From an uncultured Acidobacteriota bacterium (GTDB taxonomy: Bacteria > Acidobacteriota > Terriglobia > Acidiferrales > UBA7541): a stretch of DNA of 64,000 nt. The stretch is from the NCBI GenBank assembly GCA_963788345.1, contig CAWBGW010000039.1, positions 3,310-67,309 on the forward strand, given 5' to 3'. The notes under the pieces were generated by a model, which worked only from the letters and a program-made list of their open reading frames with translations, did no database searches and was not told the origin of the DNA. The position numbers were made by a program, and so were the translations under genes. Positions 1 through 9,526 of the stretch are shown piece by piece; the stretch's first letter is position 1; each line of letters starts with the position of its first letter.

Positions 1-426
1 GCGGAAGGTGAGCACCATTTTTGGCTGTTCGCCAGGATCCTGGAGTCGGTCTGGCTCTATGTTCTTGAAGAATAGCCAGACCTCAGGAGACCCTGTAGAG
101 CCGTACCGGTTCAGGGCCCTCTGGAATTCCTCGTCAAAGCCCGAAGTGAATTGTTCGACTCCAGTGGGTTGACCCCATCGCTGCCAAAGCAACCCAATGA
201 AGACTTGGCATCTGTCGACATCCTGATTGATTAACTCCTGAGGACGGCCACATCCCGGAAGAGTGTCCTCCCACCCTAGAAGGCTGATTTCTAATTCGAG
301 CTGCTGTGCGTACCGGTTAACTTCGTCGACGACATCCCTGGCCATCCTGCGTTCGTCGGTTAAATCGGATGGGGACGCGAGGAAGACATGAAGCACGTTG
401 CGCGCTGGGAGGTCACTAGTGTTCAT
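1..426 (-). CDS. DUF4062-like N-terminal domain protein, 5' portion only (gene continues past the left edge)
   Basis: Own translation of the minus strand from ATG 426-424, open to base 1 (142 codons). It is absent from the ORF track because it is edge-truncated. Sequence: MNTSDLPARNVLHVFLASPSDLTDERRMARDVVDEV...QDVDRCQVFIGLLWQRWGQPTG. The pattern VF(I/L)xS..D..ER ... DRC..FIGLL..R(Y/W)G is the DUF4062 signature found at N-termini of STAND/NACHT-type NTPases. GC is visibly lower than in core genes. Confidence 0.55.
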   Translation of the reverse strand, partial: MNTSDLPARNVLHVFLASPSDLTDERRMARDVVDEVNRYAQQLELEISLLGWEDTLPGCGRPQELINQDVDRCQVFIGLLWQRWGQPTGVEQFTSGFDEEFQRALNRYGSTGSPEVWLFFKNIEPDRLQDPGEQPKMVLTFR

Positions 427-693
427 TGGTTCTTGTATCCTTCGTGGCCGAGGCCTGCCCGCCGACGCTTCGGTGGTAGAAGCATTTTGCCACTTTCCGT
501 TGGCGAGTCCAGTGCGGACGTCGCGGATATCACACGGCAGAGACGAAGCCTCGCGGAATATTTCCAGGCGGACGGCAACCACCCATTTCTGGGCATGCTC
601 AATGGAATTCAAATTCTGGAGGGCGGCCGCAGACGGCGGAGGAGGAGATTGCCGCTGCGGCGCTATTTCTCGTACGCGGTCAAGCCAGCGCTA

Positions 694-1035
694 TTACTGC
701 GCAGACTCCGAACGTGGATGGCGGAATGGCTTTCGGCTGACCTCTTCCAGCGACGCGTAGCCGCGCCGCGCCGAATCCGCGATGACGCGAACGCCCGCTT
801 CGGTCCAATCCAGGCCTCGCTCGCTGATCGCTCCGATCACGTAGAACAGGCCGGCAAATGCCAGCAAAACCGCGAAGCCAAGCCCAAACAGCAGCTCCGC
901 AGCAACCAGTTCGCGCACGAAATACATCTGGAAAATGAACGCAACGGCCACAATCGCTACCATGCCCTTGCGAATCCGCAGCTTCTCACCCAGTTTGCTC
1001 ATCAAGTTTTTGAAATTCCCCGAAACCGTTTTCAT
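694..1035 (-). CDS. small membrane protein, unknown function
   Basis: 113-aa ORF with two hydrophobic helices (MVAIVAVAFIFQMYF; LLFGLGFAVLLAFAGLFYVIGAI). No family recognised. Confidence 0.45.
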   Translation of the reverse strand: MKTVSGNFKNLMSKLGEKLRIRKGMVAIVAVAFIFQMYFVRELVAAELLFGLGFAVLLAFAGLFYVIGAISERGLDWTEAGVRVIADSARRGYASLEEVSRKPFRHPRSESAQ

Positions 1036-1392
1036 AGAATCTCGCCTGACCTCAATGCGTTAGATGCAACCAGCAAACCAAAAGGGACAATCCGCAAGTT
1101 GCTGAAATCCGAAGAGATGGGGATTTCGCAGAGTGAGATAGAGGAAAACAGTTTCCAAAGGAAGGAACGGCGCTCTCGCGAATTGCACACGATCGCGACA
1201 GACGTTTTTTGTCTACATCACGGGCAGTATTTCGATTTTGATTCGCGTGACGGAGAAACGCTTAACACAGGGAGCACAGAGAAAAACCTGGAGGGCACGG
1301 AGAAGCTGCGATGGCCACTGCAATCTCGACGCGGGAATTTCAATTGGCTCTGTTGAGATCCTAGGTCAGCGGCCTCAAAAAGCGAAAAGCAG

Positions 1393-1452
1393 ATCCCTCA
1401 CCCCGCACAAACCGCCCTTCGGCAGGCTCAGGGCAGGCGGGGATTCGGGATG
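1393..1452. repeat. REP-like imperfect GC-rich palindrome in an intergenic gap
   Basis: Arms atccctcaccccgc ... gcggggattcgggat lie inside the 450-bp gene-free gap 1036-1482. Other GC-rich palindromes recur in other intergenic gaps of this window. Confidence 0.3.
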
Positions 1453-1482
1453 ACAAAGTGGTGTTCCAGGATGGTGTTTGAA

Positions 1483-3279
1483 TCAGCGGCCTTCAAACGG
1501 GTAGCGATCCTGCGCCAGCACCGCGTCCGCAACGCGGCGGCGAATCGAAATCGTGTCGAGCGGCGCGTGCTTCGCGAATCTTCGCAGAACCGCAAGTTGC
1601 GTCGTCAGCGTATCGCCATCGGCCGTGGCCGCCAGCGCCGTGCGAGCCTCTTTTTCCACGCGGTCCATCGCATCGTAAATGAAAGCCCGCGCGGCATCCA
1701 CCATGACGCTCGCCGACTCGCCTCTCTTGGCCGACGATTTCTGCGCGCGCCGCAGCGACGATTCCATCGCGTAAACGTCCATCGCGATATTCGCCAGCGA
1801 GGCCACGATTTCCTGATGATCGGCCAGATGTTCGCGGTACTTCTGCACAGCCGTCCCGGCCGCAAGCAGAAACATCTTCTTGGCCTGCGCGAGCGATCGC
1901 TCCTCTTCGGCAAACGCGCCCGGTGGCCGCTTCTTCGAACGAAGGCCCGGCGAGAACTTCGTCCGCCAGCTTCATCGCCGCCGGAATCAGCGGCACGATG
2001 CCCGCCATCGCGCGCTTCATCAGCATCTGGATGATCAGCATCCGGTTGATTTCGTTGGTGCCCTCGAAAATGCGGTTCACGCGGCTATCGCGGTACGCGC
2101 GCGCCACCGGATAGTCCTCGTGGAAGCCGTATCCGCCGAAGATCTGCACGCCCTCGTCCACGCAATAATCCACGGTCTCGCTGCCGACCACCTTGCTGAT
2201 CGAGCTTTCGATCGCGTACTCCTCCAGCACCTGCATCGCCTGCTGCGTCTTGTCGCCGCCCGGCTTCGGCTCGAAACCGCCGCAGAAATCATGCCCGCCG
2301 AGCGGTAAATCATCGACTCGACGGCGTAAATCCGAATCGCCATCTCGCCAATCTTCGCCTTGATCAGGCCGAACTCGGCGATCGGCTTGCCGAACGCCGT
2401 GCGCTCCTTCGCATATTTCGACGAAGCTGCCAGCACGTTCTTGGCGCCGCCCAGGCAATAGGCGCCCAGCGAGAATCGCCCCACGTTGAGCGTATTGAAC
2501 GCGACGATGTGCCCGCGGCCGATTTCGTGCAGCAGGTTTTCCTTCGGCACCGGGGCGTTCTCGAAAAAGATCGGCACCGTCGAGCTGCCCTTGATCCCCA
2601 TCTTTTTCTCTTCGGCGCCAACGGAGAAACCAGGAGTGCCGCGCTCGACGATGAAGCAGGAGAATTTCTCGCCATCGACCTTCGCAAACACGATGTAAAT
2701 ATCCGCGAAGCCGCCGTTCGTGATCCACATCTTCTGGCCGTTCAAAATCCAGTTCTTTCCGTCCGGCGAGAGCACCGCGCGCGTTCGCGCGGCCAAAGCA
2801 TCGGAGCCAGCCTGCGGTTCCGACAGGCAGTAACAGGAAAGCTTTTCGCCGGTCGCGATCTTCGGGAGATATTTCTTCTTCTGCTCTTCGGTGCCGAAAT
2901 AGACGATCGGAATCGTCCCGATTCCCGCGTGGCCGCCGTGCGACACCGCGAACGAAGCATAGCCGGCCAGCTTTTCGGCAAGGATCGTCGCGGAAACTTT
3001 GTCGAGCCCCGATCCGCCATATTCTTCCGGAATCGCGCCGCCCAGCAGCCCAATTTCGCCCGCGCTCTTCAGCATCCGGGCCATCAGCCCTTCTTTGTGC
3101 AGCTCGAGCTCGGGAACGTTGGGCAGGACCTCTTTGGTCACAAACTCTTCGGCCGTTTGGCCGATCAGCCGCTGATCGTCGGTGAGGTCGGCGGGAGTGA
3201 AAACATCTTCCGGGCCGCTGTTCGTAATCAGGAACGCGCCGCCTCGATTCAGCGATTGCGCTACAGGAGTGGTCGCCAT
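1483..3279 (-). pseudogene. long-form acyl-CoA dehydrogenase (about 598 aa), reading frame broken twice
   Basis: Three minus-strand ORF pieces join into one ACAD. N-terminal part: ...CYCLSEPQAGSDALA...WITNGGFADIYIVFAK. Middle part: ...EEYAIESSISKVVGSETVDYCVDEGVQIFGGYGFHEDYPVARAYRDSRVNRIFEGTNEI. C-terminal extension: AVQKYREHLADHQEIVASLANIAMDVYAMES. Frame changes lie near 2305 and 1920. Confidence 0.85.
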
Positions 3280-3362
3280 GGCCTGCCTCCCTTTCTCATC
3301 CGTCCCAACGATTCATTCTCTCGCCGATTCAAGCCCGCTGCAATCGCGCAATTCACTCAACC

Positions 3363-3815
3363 TCAGCCCGCCTCAGCAACTGCGCGAATCGACTCCACAT
3401 AGTCCTGCGGCAAACCATGCTCCGCCGCCCCGTCGAGAATCGTCTTCAAATAATGTGCCGCCGGGTGCAGGCCCTTCTCCACTTTCGTGGCGATGAACGC
3501 TTCCGCCGCAACGGGCCGGCCATCGCGATCCTTCACATTCACTTGAATTCGACGATAGTGAACGGGCGCGCCTTCGAACCGATCGAGATTGCGAAACGCC
3601 GACTCGTTGATCTTGTAGAGGATGCCTTCCACGGCCTTACCGGCCGCCGGCCGGATATTCGCGCCCGCCGTGCCGCCGCGGACTTTCTTGTTGAACGCCA
3701 GCTCGTAGTTCTCGAGCCGTCCCGGGCGCTCTTCCAGAATTTCGCCTGCGCGCGAGCGCATCTGGGCCCGATTCATGTTGCTGGCGTAAGCAAAGTACCA
3801 GGCTGTGGCTGCCAT
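3363..3815 (-). CDS. gamma-glutamylcyclotransferase (AIG2/GGCT-like) family protein
   Basis: The motif WYFAYASNMNRAQMRSR near the N-terminus is typical of GGCT-like proteins. I take the start at the internal ATG 3815 rather than the ORF-track start 3908. Confidence 0.75.
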   Translation of the reverse strand: MAATAWYFAYASNMNRAQMRSRAGEILEERPGRLENYELAFNKKVRGGTAGANIRPAAGKAVEGILYKINESAFRNLDRFEGAPVHYRRIQVNVKDRDGRPVAAEAFIATKVEKGLHPAAHYLKTILDGAAEHGLPQDYVESIRAVAEAG

Positions 3816-4047
3816 AAGGTTTCTCAAGTGCTGAGAGCCTGTGTCCGATCGAGGAACCTTCATCTTACCGGGAAGCAGATGCAAAGAGCAACCGTCGGGC
3901 CGCGACACGATGGCGAATCAAGTATGCCCGGGCTGGCGTACAGCGCGCCGTGGAACGGCTCACGCGATGGTCTCCGGTGGAAGCGCGATTCGATCCCTGC
4001 GGCGGACATCGACTCTGCAAATTCGTAAGAAAAAGCGTTGAACCCCC

Positions 4048-4076
4048 TTGACAATAAAAGTTGTCAATACTACCAT
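4048..4076 (+). promoter_or_regulatory. putative sigma70-type promoter with overlapping operator palindrome for the ArsR/SRPBCC operon
   Basis: TTGACA (4048-4053), 17-bp spacer, TACCAT (4071-4076). A perfect inverted repeat ttgacaa-taaaag-ttgtcaa (4048-4067) overlaps the -35 box. Confidence 0.4.
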
Positions 4077-4083
4077 CCTCCTC

Positions 4084-4686
4084 GTGCTCGATATCCAAGT
4101 CATCGATGATCCGGCAGCGGCGACGGTAGCTTTGGAGCCCATGCGGAGTCGACTCCTCTCCGAGCTGGTCGCGCCCGCCTCGGCGGCGACATTGGCCACG
4201 CGGGTTGGCCTGGCTCGGCAGAAAGTCAACTACCACCTGCACGCGCTGGAGGCGCACGGGCTGGTGCGGCTGGCCCAGGAACGCAAGTGGGGCGGGCTGA
4301 CGGAACGGCTGCTCGTGGCGACGGCCGCATCCTACGTCGTTTCGCCGAGCGCTCTGGGTCCGGTCGCCGCGGATCCGAATCGGGAAATCGATAGGCTGTC
4401 CGCGAGCTATCTTATCGCCCTGGGAGCACGGGTGGTGCGCGAGGTGGGCGATCTTGTTCGTCGCGCGAAAGAGACGGGCAAACGCCTGGCGACCCTGGCG
4501 GTGGATACCGAGGTTCGCTTCCGATCGGCGACGGACCGGGCGGCTTTCAGCAACGAACTCACCGAGGCCATCACGAAACTGGTTTCCAAGTACCACGATG
4601 AATCCGCCCCCGGCGGCCGCGCGCACCGCCTGGTGGTGGTGGCGCACCCTCTGCCGCGGAAATCCGATCCCAAGGAGCCATCATGA
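4084..4686 (+). CDS. ArsR/SmtB-family HTH transcriptional regulator
   Basis: ALEPMRSRLLSELV...ATLATRVGLARQKVNYHLHALEAHGLV is a winged-helix ArsR signature. The ORF-track start 4048 is the -35 box itself, so I place the start at the in-frame GTG 4084 (near-leaderless). The stop overlaps the next gene as ATGA. Confidence 0.8.
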   Translation: MLDIQVIDDPAAATVALEPMRSRLLSELVAPASAATLATRVGLARQKVNYHLHALEAHGLVRLAQERKWGGLTERLLVATAASYVVSPSALGPVAADPNREIDRLSASYLIALGARVVREVGDLVRRAKETGKRLATLAVDTEVRFRSATDRAAFSNELTEAITKLVSKYHDESAPGGRAHRLVVVAHPLPRKSDPKEPS

Positions 4687-5507
4687 GCGTGAAGAAAGAA
4701 GCCTCCGGACGGCGTTCAGTCCAGGTCGAAATCGAGGTCCCCGGCACGCCGGAGGAAGTCTGGCGGGCCATCGCCACCGGGCCGGGTATTTCGTCGTGGT
4801 TCGTGCCGACTGAGTTCGAGATACGCGACGGGAAGCCGGTTGCGGTGACGTTGAATTTCGGCCCGGGCATGGAGTCGCGTTCCGCCGTGACGGCCTGGGA
4901 TCCGCCGCGGAGGTTTGCCGCCGAGGCCCCGGGATGGGCCCCTGGCTCGCCGATCATCGCGGACGAGTGGACCGTCGAAGCTCGAGCGGGAGGCACCTGC
5001 ATCGTCCGCGTGGTGCATAGCCTCTTCGCCAGCACGGACGACTGGGACAATCAGCTGGAAGGCAGCGAATCCGGCTGGCCGGGCTTCTTCCGCATCTTGC
5101 GGATCTATCTCACGTACTTCCGCGGCCAACGCTCTGCGATGGTGCAGTGGATGGCGCCCGCCGCGGGAACCGAAGCGGAGGCCTGGGAAACGCTCACCGC
5201 GGCATTGGGGCTGAAAGGCGTGAGCGCCGGGCAGCGTTGGACGGCTCCGGCGGGGGTCCCGGCGCTCAGCGGCGTGGTGGAGCACGTCAGCCAGAGTCCG
5301 TGCGGCGCTCTGTTGCGGCTCGACAAGCCGGGGCCGGGCACCGCCGCCCTTGGCGCCGTCAACTTCGGCGGCCAGAGCATGGTCACGCTAAACTTCTACC
5401 TCTACGGCGATCAGGCGGCGGGGACCGTCGCGCGCGAGACACCGCTCTGGGAAACGTGGATTCAAGAACGCTTCCCGACGCCGCCGGAGACGAGCAAGAG
5501 TGAATGA
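4683..5507 (+). CDS. SRPBCC (AHSA1/START-like) family protein, two-domain form
   Basis: 274 aa with EIEVPGTPEEVWRAIATGPGISSWF... It shows the classical ArsR-SRPBCC pairing with an ATGA start/stop overlap. Confidence 0.8.
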   Translation: MSVKKEASGRRSVQVEIEVPGTPEEVWRAIATGPGISSWFVPTEFEIRDGKPVAVTLNFGPGMESRSAVTAWDPPRRFAAEAPGWAPGSPIIADEWTVEARAGGTCIVRVVHSLFASTDDWDNQLEGSESGWPGFFRILRIYLTYFRGQRSAMVQWMAPAAGTEAEAWETLTAALGLKGVSAGQRWTAPAGVPALSGVVEHVSQSPCGALLRLDKPGPGTAALGAVNFGGQSMVTLNFYLYGDQAAGTVARETPLWETWIQERFPTPPETSKSE

Positions 5508-5651
5508 TCGCGTGGTCGTGGGTGGCTTACAATCGAGGGCGCCGGCGAACACGATGCGCAATTGTGGTTTTCGCTGTACGGTTTGCCGCGAGCGCAGGTG
5601 GCGGAGCTGGAAAATCGCTGGGCGCACGAACTGAAGCGAATCCTTTCGTAG
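5508..5651 (+). pseudogene. relic C-terminal fragment of a paralogous SRPBCC gene
   Basis: Directly after the TGA of the previous gene, and in the same frame, 47 codons read SRGRGWLTIEGAGEHDAQLWFSLYGLPRAQVAELENRWAHELKRILS*. This parallels the upstream C-terminus ...MVTLNFYLYGDQAAGTVARETPLWETWIQERF. The fragment has no start codon. Confidence 0.3.
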
Positions 5652-5663
5652 CGAGGAGACACC

Positions 5664-6008
5664 ATGGCACATCCCGTCGTTCATTTCGAAGTGGGCTGCA
5701 AAGACAGCGCGAAGACGCAGCAGTTCTACACGAGTCTCTTCGGTTGGAAAATCCAGCAGGCTGGCCCGGCCGCCATGATCGACGCGGGCGGTGGACCCAC
5801 TGGGCACATCACGGCGCTCGGGCACGAGCCGTATCACTACACGATTTTCTATGTCGAGGTCGAAGATGTGCAGGCGTACCTCGACAAGGCCCAATCGCTG
5901 GGCGGCAAGACTCTGGTCCCGCCAGTCCCAATTCCCACCGGGACGTTTGCCTGGATGGCGGATCCCGAAGGAAACACAATCGGTCTGTGGAAACCGGCCT
6001 CGAAGTAG
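5664..6008 (+). CDS. VOC (glyoxalase/bleomycin-resistance/dioxygenase) family protein
   Basis: 114 aa with HFEVGCKDSAKTQQFYTSLFGW... and ...FAWMADPEGNTIGLW. A GGAG-type RBS (gaggag) precedes the ATG. Confidence 0.85.
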   Translation: MAHPVVHFEVGCKDSAKTQQFYTSLFGWKIQQAGPAAMIDAGGGPTGHITALGHEPYHYTIFYVEVEDVQAYLDKAQSLGGKTLVPPVPIPTGTFAWMADPEGNTIGLWKPASK

Positions 6009-6051
6009 ATTTCAGCCAGACTGGGAAACACAATCTCAGGAGGAACTGCTC

Positions 6052-6633
6052 ATGCGAAGAATCGTCACAGTGTGCGGATTGGTCCTTGTTCTTGCAGTTT
6101 TTTGCCGGACGGCCGTCCGCGCGCAGCAATCGTCTGGCGACAAAACGGCGGCGGCGCCTGCCGCAATGCAAGTGCCGACGCCCGGCCCGGAAATGGATCG
6201 CCTGAAATTCATCATCGGAACGTGGGACGTGCAGGGCGAATATTTGAAGACTCCGCTCACCGGCGAAGGCGGAAAGCAAACGGGTTGGTACAAGGCACAA
6301 CTGGGGCCGGGCGGGTTTTCGATCGTCGCCGATTTCGAGGACGAAAGCCCTCTCGGCAAGGAGATCGGACACGAGTTGTTCGCGTGGGACGCGAGCAGCA
6401 GCGCCTACACCACAGCTACGGTCGGCAACTTTCCGGGGATGGTTACCGGGAAGGCGAAGTGGGAGGGCGACAACCTGGTGACGGAACTCGATTTCAAGAT
6501 GGGAGACGCCGTAATTCACAATCGAGCCGTCTACTCCCATGTCGGCGAAAAAACTTTTCACCTCGAGGAGTCGTATCGGATGGGCGACGCGCCGTATCAG
6601 CTGATGTGGAAAGCCGACGCGACGAAAAAGTGA
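6052..6633 (+). CDS. exported DUF1579-like protein
   Basis: Signal peptide MRRIVTVCGLVLVLAVFCRTAVRAQQ, then LKFIIGTWDVQGEY... typical of DUF1579. An RBS aggagg lies upstream of ATG 6052. The ORF-track start 5791 overlaps the VOC gene. Confidence 0.65.
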   Translation: MRRIVTVCGLVLVLAVFCRTAVRAQQSSGDKTAAAPAAMQVPTPGPEMDRLKFIIGTWDVQGEYLKTPLTGEGGKQTGWYKAQLGPGGFSIVADFEDESPLGKEIGHELFAWDASSSAYTTATVGNFPGMVTGKAKWEGDNLVTELDFKMGDAVIHNRAVYSHVGEKTFHLEESYRMGDAPYQLMWKADATKK

Positions 6634-6761
6634 GCGCCCCCACGCTTTCCTGAAATCGAGGGCGCGGCTCGGCGCGCAAAGCCAGTTGTTGACAACCACG
6701 GGAAATTGCAGCTAAGAACGTCCGCATTCCGTGGGGTTCAACTCCTTCTTGGGAGGCGCAC

Positions 6762-7343
6762 ATGAGCAAGAAGATTCTGCTGGCTGGCGTGGTCGGCGCT
6801 GTCGTTGTGTTTTTGGTCTCCGCGTTTTTTCACATGGCGACCAGCCTGGGCGAGATCGGCGTGAAGGCCATGCCGAATGAAGATGCAGTGCTCGCCTGCA
6901 TGCGATCTTCGATTCAGCAGCCCGGCTTCTATCTTTTTCCTTTGGCAGGCGCGATGGCGGGTAAGGACCAGTCGCCAGCAAATCAGGCTGCCTACCTCGA
7001 AAAATATAAGGCTGGGCCGACGGGCGTACTCGTTTACCGTGTGGGCGGCGTGGAGTTCAGTTTTGGCAAGCTGCTGGTCAACCAGTTCCTCTTGGGGCTG
7101 GTGGCAGCGCTGATCTTGGCCTGGATCTTGGGGATCACGGCGAACGCGACGACGTATGGCTCGCGCGTTCTAATCGTGTTTCTCGTCTCATTGTTCGCCG
7201 GTTTCGTCTATGACTTGCCGTATTGGACCTGGTACGGATTCCCCACCAACTACGTGGTCGCGCACATCGCCACCTGGACCGTAAGCTGGACGATCGCCGG
7301 CCTCGCAATGGCTTCCATCGTGAAGCGCCCTGCAGCGATCTAG
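6762..7343 (+). CDS. integral membrane protein, unknown function
   Basis: 193 aa with four or more hydrophobic helices. An RBS gggagg lies upstream. A TTGACA-type -35 box sits at about 6689 inside the palindrome gttgttgacaac. Confidence 0.6.
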   Translation: MSKKILLAGVVGAVVVFLVSAFFHMATSLGEIGVKAMPNEDAVLACMRSSIQQPGFYLFPLAGAMAGKDQSPANQAAYLEKYKAGPTGVLVYRVGGVEFSFGKLLVNQFLLGLVAALILAWILGITANATTYGSRVLIVFLVSLFAGFVYDLPYWTWYGFPTNYVVAHIATWTVSWTIAGLAMASIVKRPAAI

Positions 7344-7397
7344 GAATCGCGAACAACAGAGTTCACGGAAGACCGGTGCCTTCGCCAGCCTTGGCGA

Positions 7398-9458
7398 CTA
7401 CTGCGCGTCCGGAGCTTTCGCATTTGCGTTGCCGTTCAGGTAGCGGTCGAACCAGTAGAGCTGCCAATTGAGGCTCTCGACGAGATGTTTAGGCTCCCCG
7501 GTGCGCGTGAGGTTGTGATTCTCTCGCGGGAAAAACACCAACTCGGATGGAACACCATAGTGTTGCAATGCGCGGAACCATTGTTCGTCTTGCTCAATGG
7601 GAACGCGAAAGTCCATGTCGGAGTGGAGAATAAGCGTTGGTGTCCGGACGTTGCGGGCATACTTCAGCGGCGACGCGTCCCAGTATTGATCGAGGTCATC
7701 GTAGACAAAGCCTTTGAAATAATCTTCATGACCGAAAGGAAAGTCACGCGTGCCTTCGTCACTCACGAAATTAGATATGGCGCGCAGAGTCACTGCCGCT
7801 TTGAAGCGGTTGGTATGCGAAACGATCCAGTTGGTCATGTAGCCGCCGTAACTTCCGCCGGTGACACCGAGATTGTTGGCATCGATCCAGGGATATTGCT
7901 TTAGAGCGGCATCCACGCCGGCCATGACGTCCTGATAATCCATGCCGCCCCAGTTGTTGATTTCGCCGCGCTCGAATTTTTCGCCGTAGCCGGTGGAGCC
8001 GCGGGGATTGCAGAAGAAAACGGCCCAACCCTTCGCGGCATAAACCTGGAATTCGTGGTACCAGTCGACGCCAAACATACCTTCCGGGCCGCCATGGATC
8101 ACCAGCACCATCGGATATTTTTTGCCGGGCTGCCAGCCGAGCGGTTTGACGAAGAATCCATCCACGGCCCAGCCGTCCGTGCTCTTGTACGGCAGACGCT
8201 CGACCGGCTGAAGTTCGAGTTGCGACCAAAGGTCGCTATTGAGATGCGTCAACTGCTTTTCGCCCGCGCCATTCAAGTTGGCGACGAAGAGTTCATCCGG
8301 ATGCTGAAAATCGCTCGCGAGATAAACCATTTCCCCGGCGCTTTCGTTCACATCGAAAGCGTGTACGCCACGCTCGCCGGAAGTGAGCGCAGAGAAAGTG
8401 CCCGCCGCGGGATCAGCGCGAAAGATCTGTGTTTCGCCCTTGACGCCAGCCGCAAAAAACGCCGAATTAGGCGCCGGCCAGCGCAGTTCTGTAGGAGTCA
8501 AATCGAGATTCGTGACGGCAAGTCGCGAAGGCATACCCCCGGAAGAATCCGCCACGTACAACTTGGGAAATTGATGCCGAGCAGTCTGGCCGGTAAAGAG
8601 AATTTGTTTGCCGTCGGGCGACCATCGCGGACTCTCGTCCTGGAAGAGATGATCGGAGATCTTGGTGAGCGAACCGCCGTTCGTGGGAATCGTCCAGACG
8701 TCAGTGTTGTCACTGTCGTCGTAAGCTTTGCCGGTCCGGTCGGACACAAAAGCGATTCGTGCGCCGTCCGGGGACCACTGCGGATCGGTGTCGTTCCAGT
8801 CCTGACCCTCGGTGATTTGCTTTGCGTCTCCGATCGATACGTTAATCACCCACAGATGCCGCCGTTTGTCGTCAAACCATCCCGAGTCATTGAATTTGTA
8901 CCGTATATGCGTGTAGTGACGGACGTCGCTCTTCCGGTCCGCAGGAGCGATGGCGTCGCTTGGCCCAGAAGAACTCACCACAACGATACGCGTGCCGTCC
9001 GGAGACCATTCATAACTCTGCACGCCGTTCTTCAGTTTAGTCAGGGCAATGCCCTCGCCGCCTTCCATGGAGAGGAGGAAGATTTGCATTTTGGGAGACT
9101 CGCCAGCCGAGGACTCAGGATTGCGGGCCGAGAGGACCGCAAGCGTTCTTCCGTCGGGACTCCAGCGGGGAGAGTTGGAGCTAAATCCTTCCGCGCTCAC
9201 CCTTCGGGGTGCTGCGGAACCATCGGCTGGCACGAGCCAGACGGAAGATTCGCGACGGTTCTTCTTTTGATCGATCGTGGTGAGAACGTACGCGACACGC
9301 TTTCCATCCGGCGAGAGATGAGGATCGCCGATGAATCTAAACGAGAGATAGTCTTCCGGTGTGATGCCGCGCTTGTTTTGGGCGTGCAAAAAAGAGGTTG
9401 AATTGATGAACAGCAGGCAGAGACAAGCTACAGCAAGTGTCAGTCGGTGTTTTCTCAT
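7398..9458 (-). CDS. S9 family serine peptidase (prolyl oligopeptidase/acylaminoacyl-peptidase type) with N-terminal beta-propeller
   Basis: Intact 686 aa with a signal peptide and repeated SPDG/WSPDG propeller motifs. The catalytic region reads GVTGGSYGGYMTNW (GxSxGG). The C-terminal part reads ...LILHSDMDFRVP...NHNL. Confidence 0.9.
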   Translation of the reverse strand: MRKHRLTLAVACLCLLFINSTSFLHAQNKRGITPEDYLSFRFIGDPHLSPDGKRVAYVLTTIDQKKNRRESSVWLVPADGSAAPRRVSAEGFSSNSPRWSPDGRTLAVLSARNPESSAGESPKMQIFLLSMEGGEGIALTKLKNGVQSYEWSPDGTRIVVVSSSGPSDAIAPADRKSDVRHYTHIRYKFNDSGWFDDKRRHLWVINVSIGDAKQITEGQDWNDTDPQWSPDGARIAFVSDRTGKAYDDSDNTDVWTIPTNGGSLTKISDHLFQDESPRWSPDGKQILFTGQTARHQFPKLYVADSSGGMPSRLAVTNLDLTPTELRWPAPNSAFFAAGVKGETQIFRADPAAGTFSALTSGERGVHAFDVNESAGEMVYLASDFQHPDELFVANLNGAGEKQLTHLNSDLWSQLELQPVERLPYKSTDGWAVDGFFVKPLGWQPGKKYPMVLVIHGGPEGMFGVDWYHEFQVYAAKGWAVFFCNPRGSTGYGEKFERGEINNWGGMDYQDVMAGVDAALKQYPWIDANNLGVTGGSYGGYMTNWIVSHTNRFKAAVTLRAISNFVSDEGTRDFPFGHEDYFKGFVYDDLDQYWDASPLKYARNVRTPTLILHSDMDFRVPIEQDEQWFRALQHYGVPSELVFFPRENHNLTRTGEPKHLVESLNWQLYWFDRYLNGNANAKAPDAQ

Positions 9459-9526
9459 GGCGCGGAGACTCTAGCACACGAAAACGCCTCCGTGGCCTTC
9501 ACCTTTCGTTCCGTGGGTCCTGGGGT

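Noticed and set aside
388-1356. 322-aa plus-strand ORF at the left end.
   Set aside because: It overlaps two better-supported minus-strand genes (the DUF4062-like gene and the 2-TM protein) and runs through REP sequence. It contains an RRRRRRR run and has no family signature.
5505-5507. TGA considered as selenocysteine or programmed read-through.
   Set aside because: No SECIS-like hairpin is evident directly downstream. The downstream peptide duplicates the upstream C-terminus, so a relic gene fragment is the simpler explanation.
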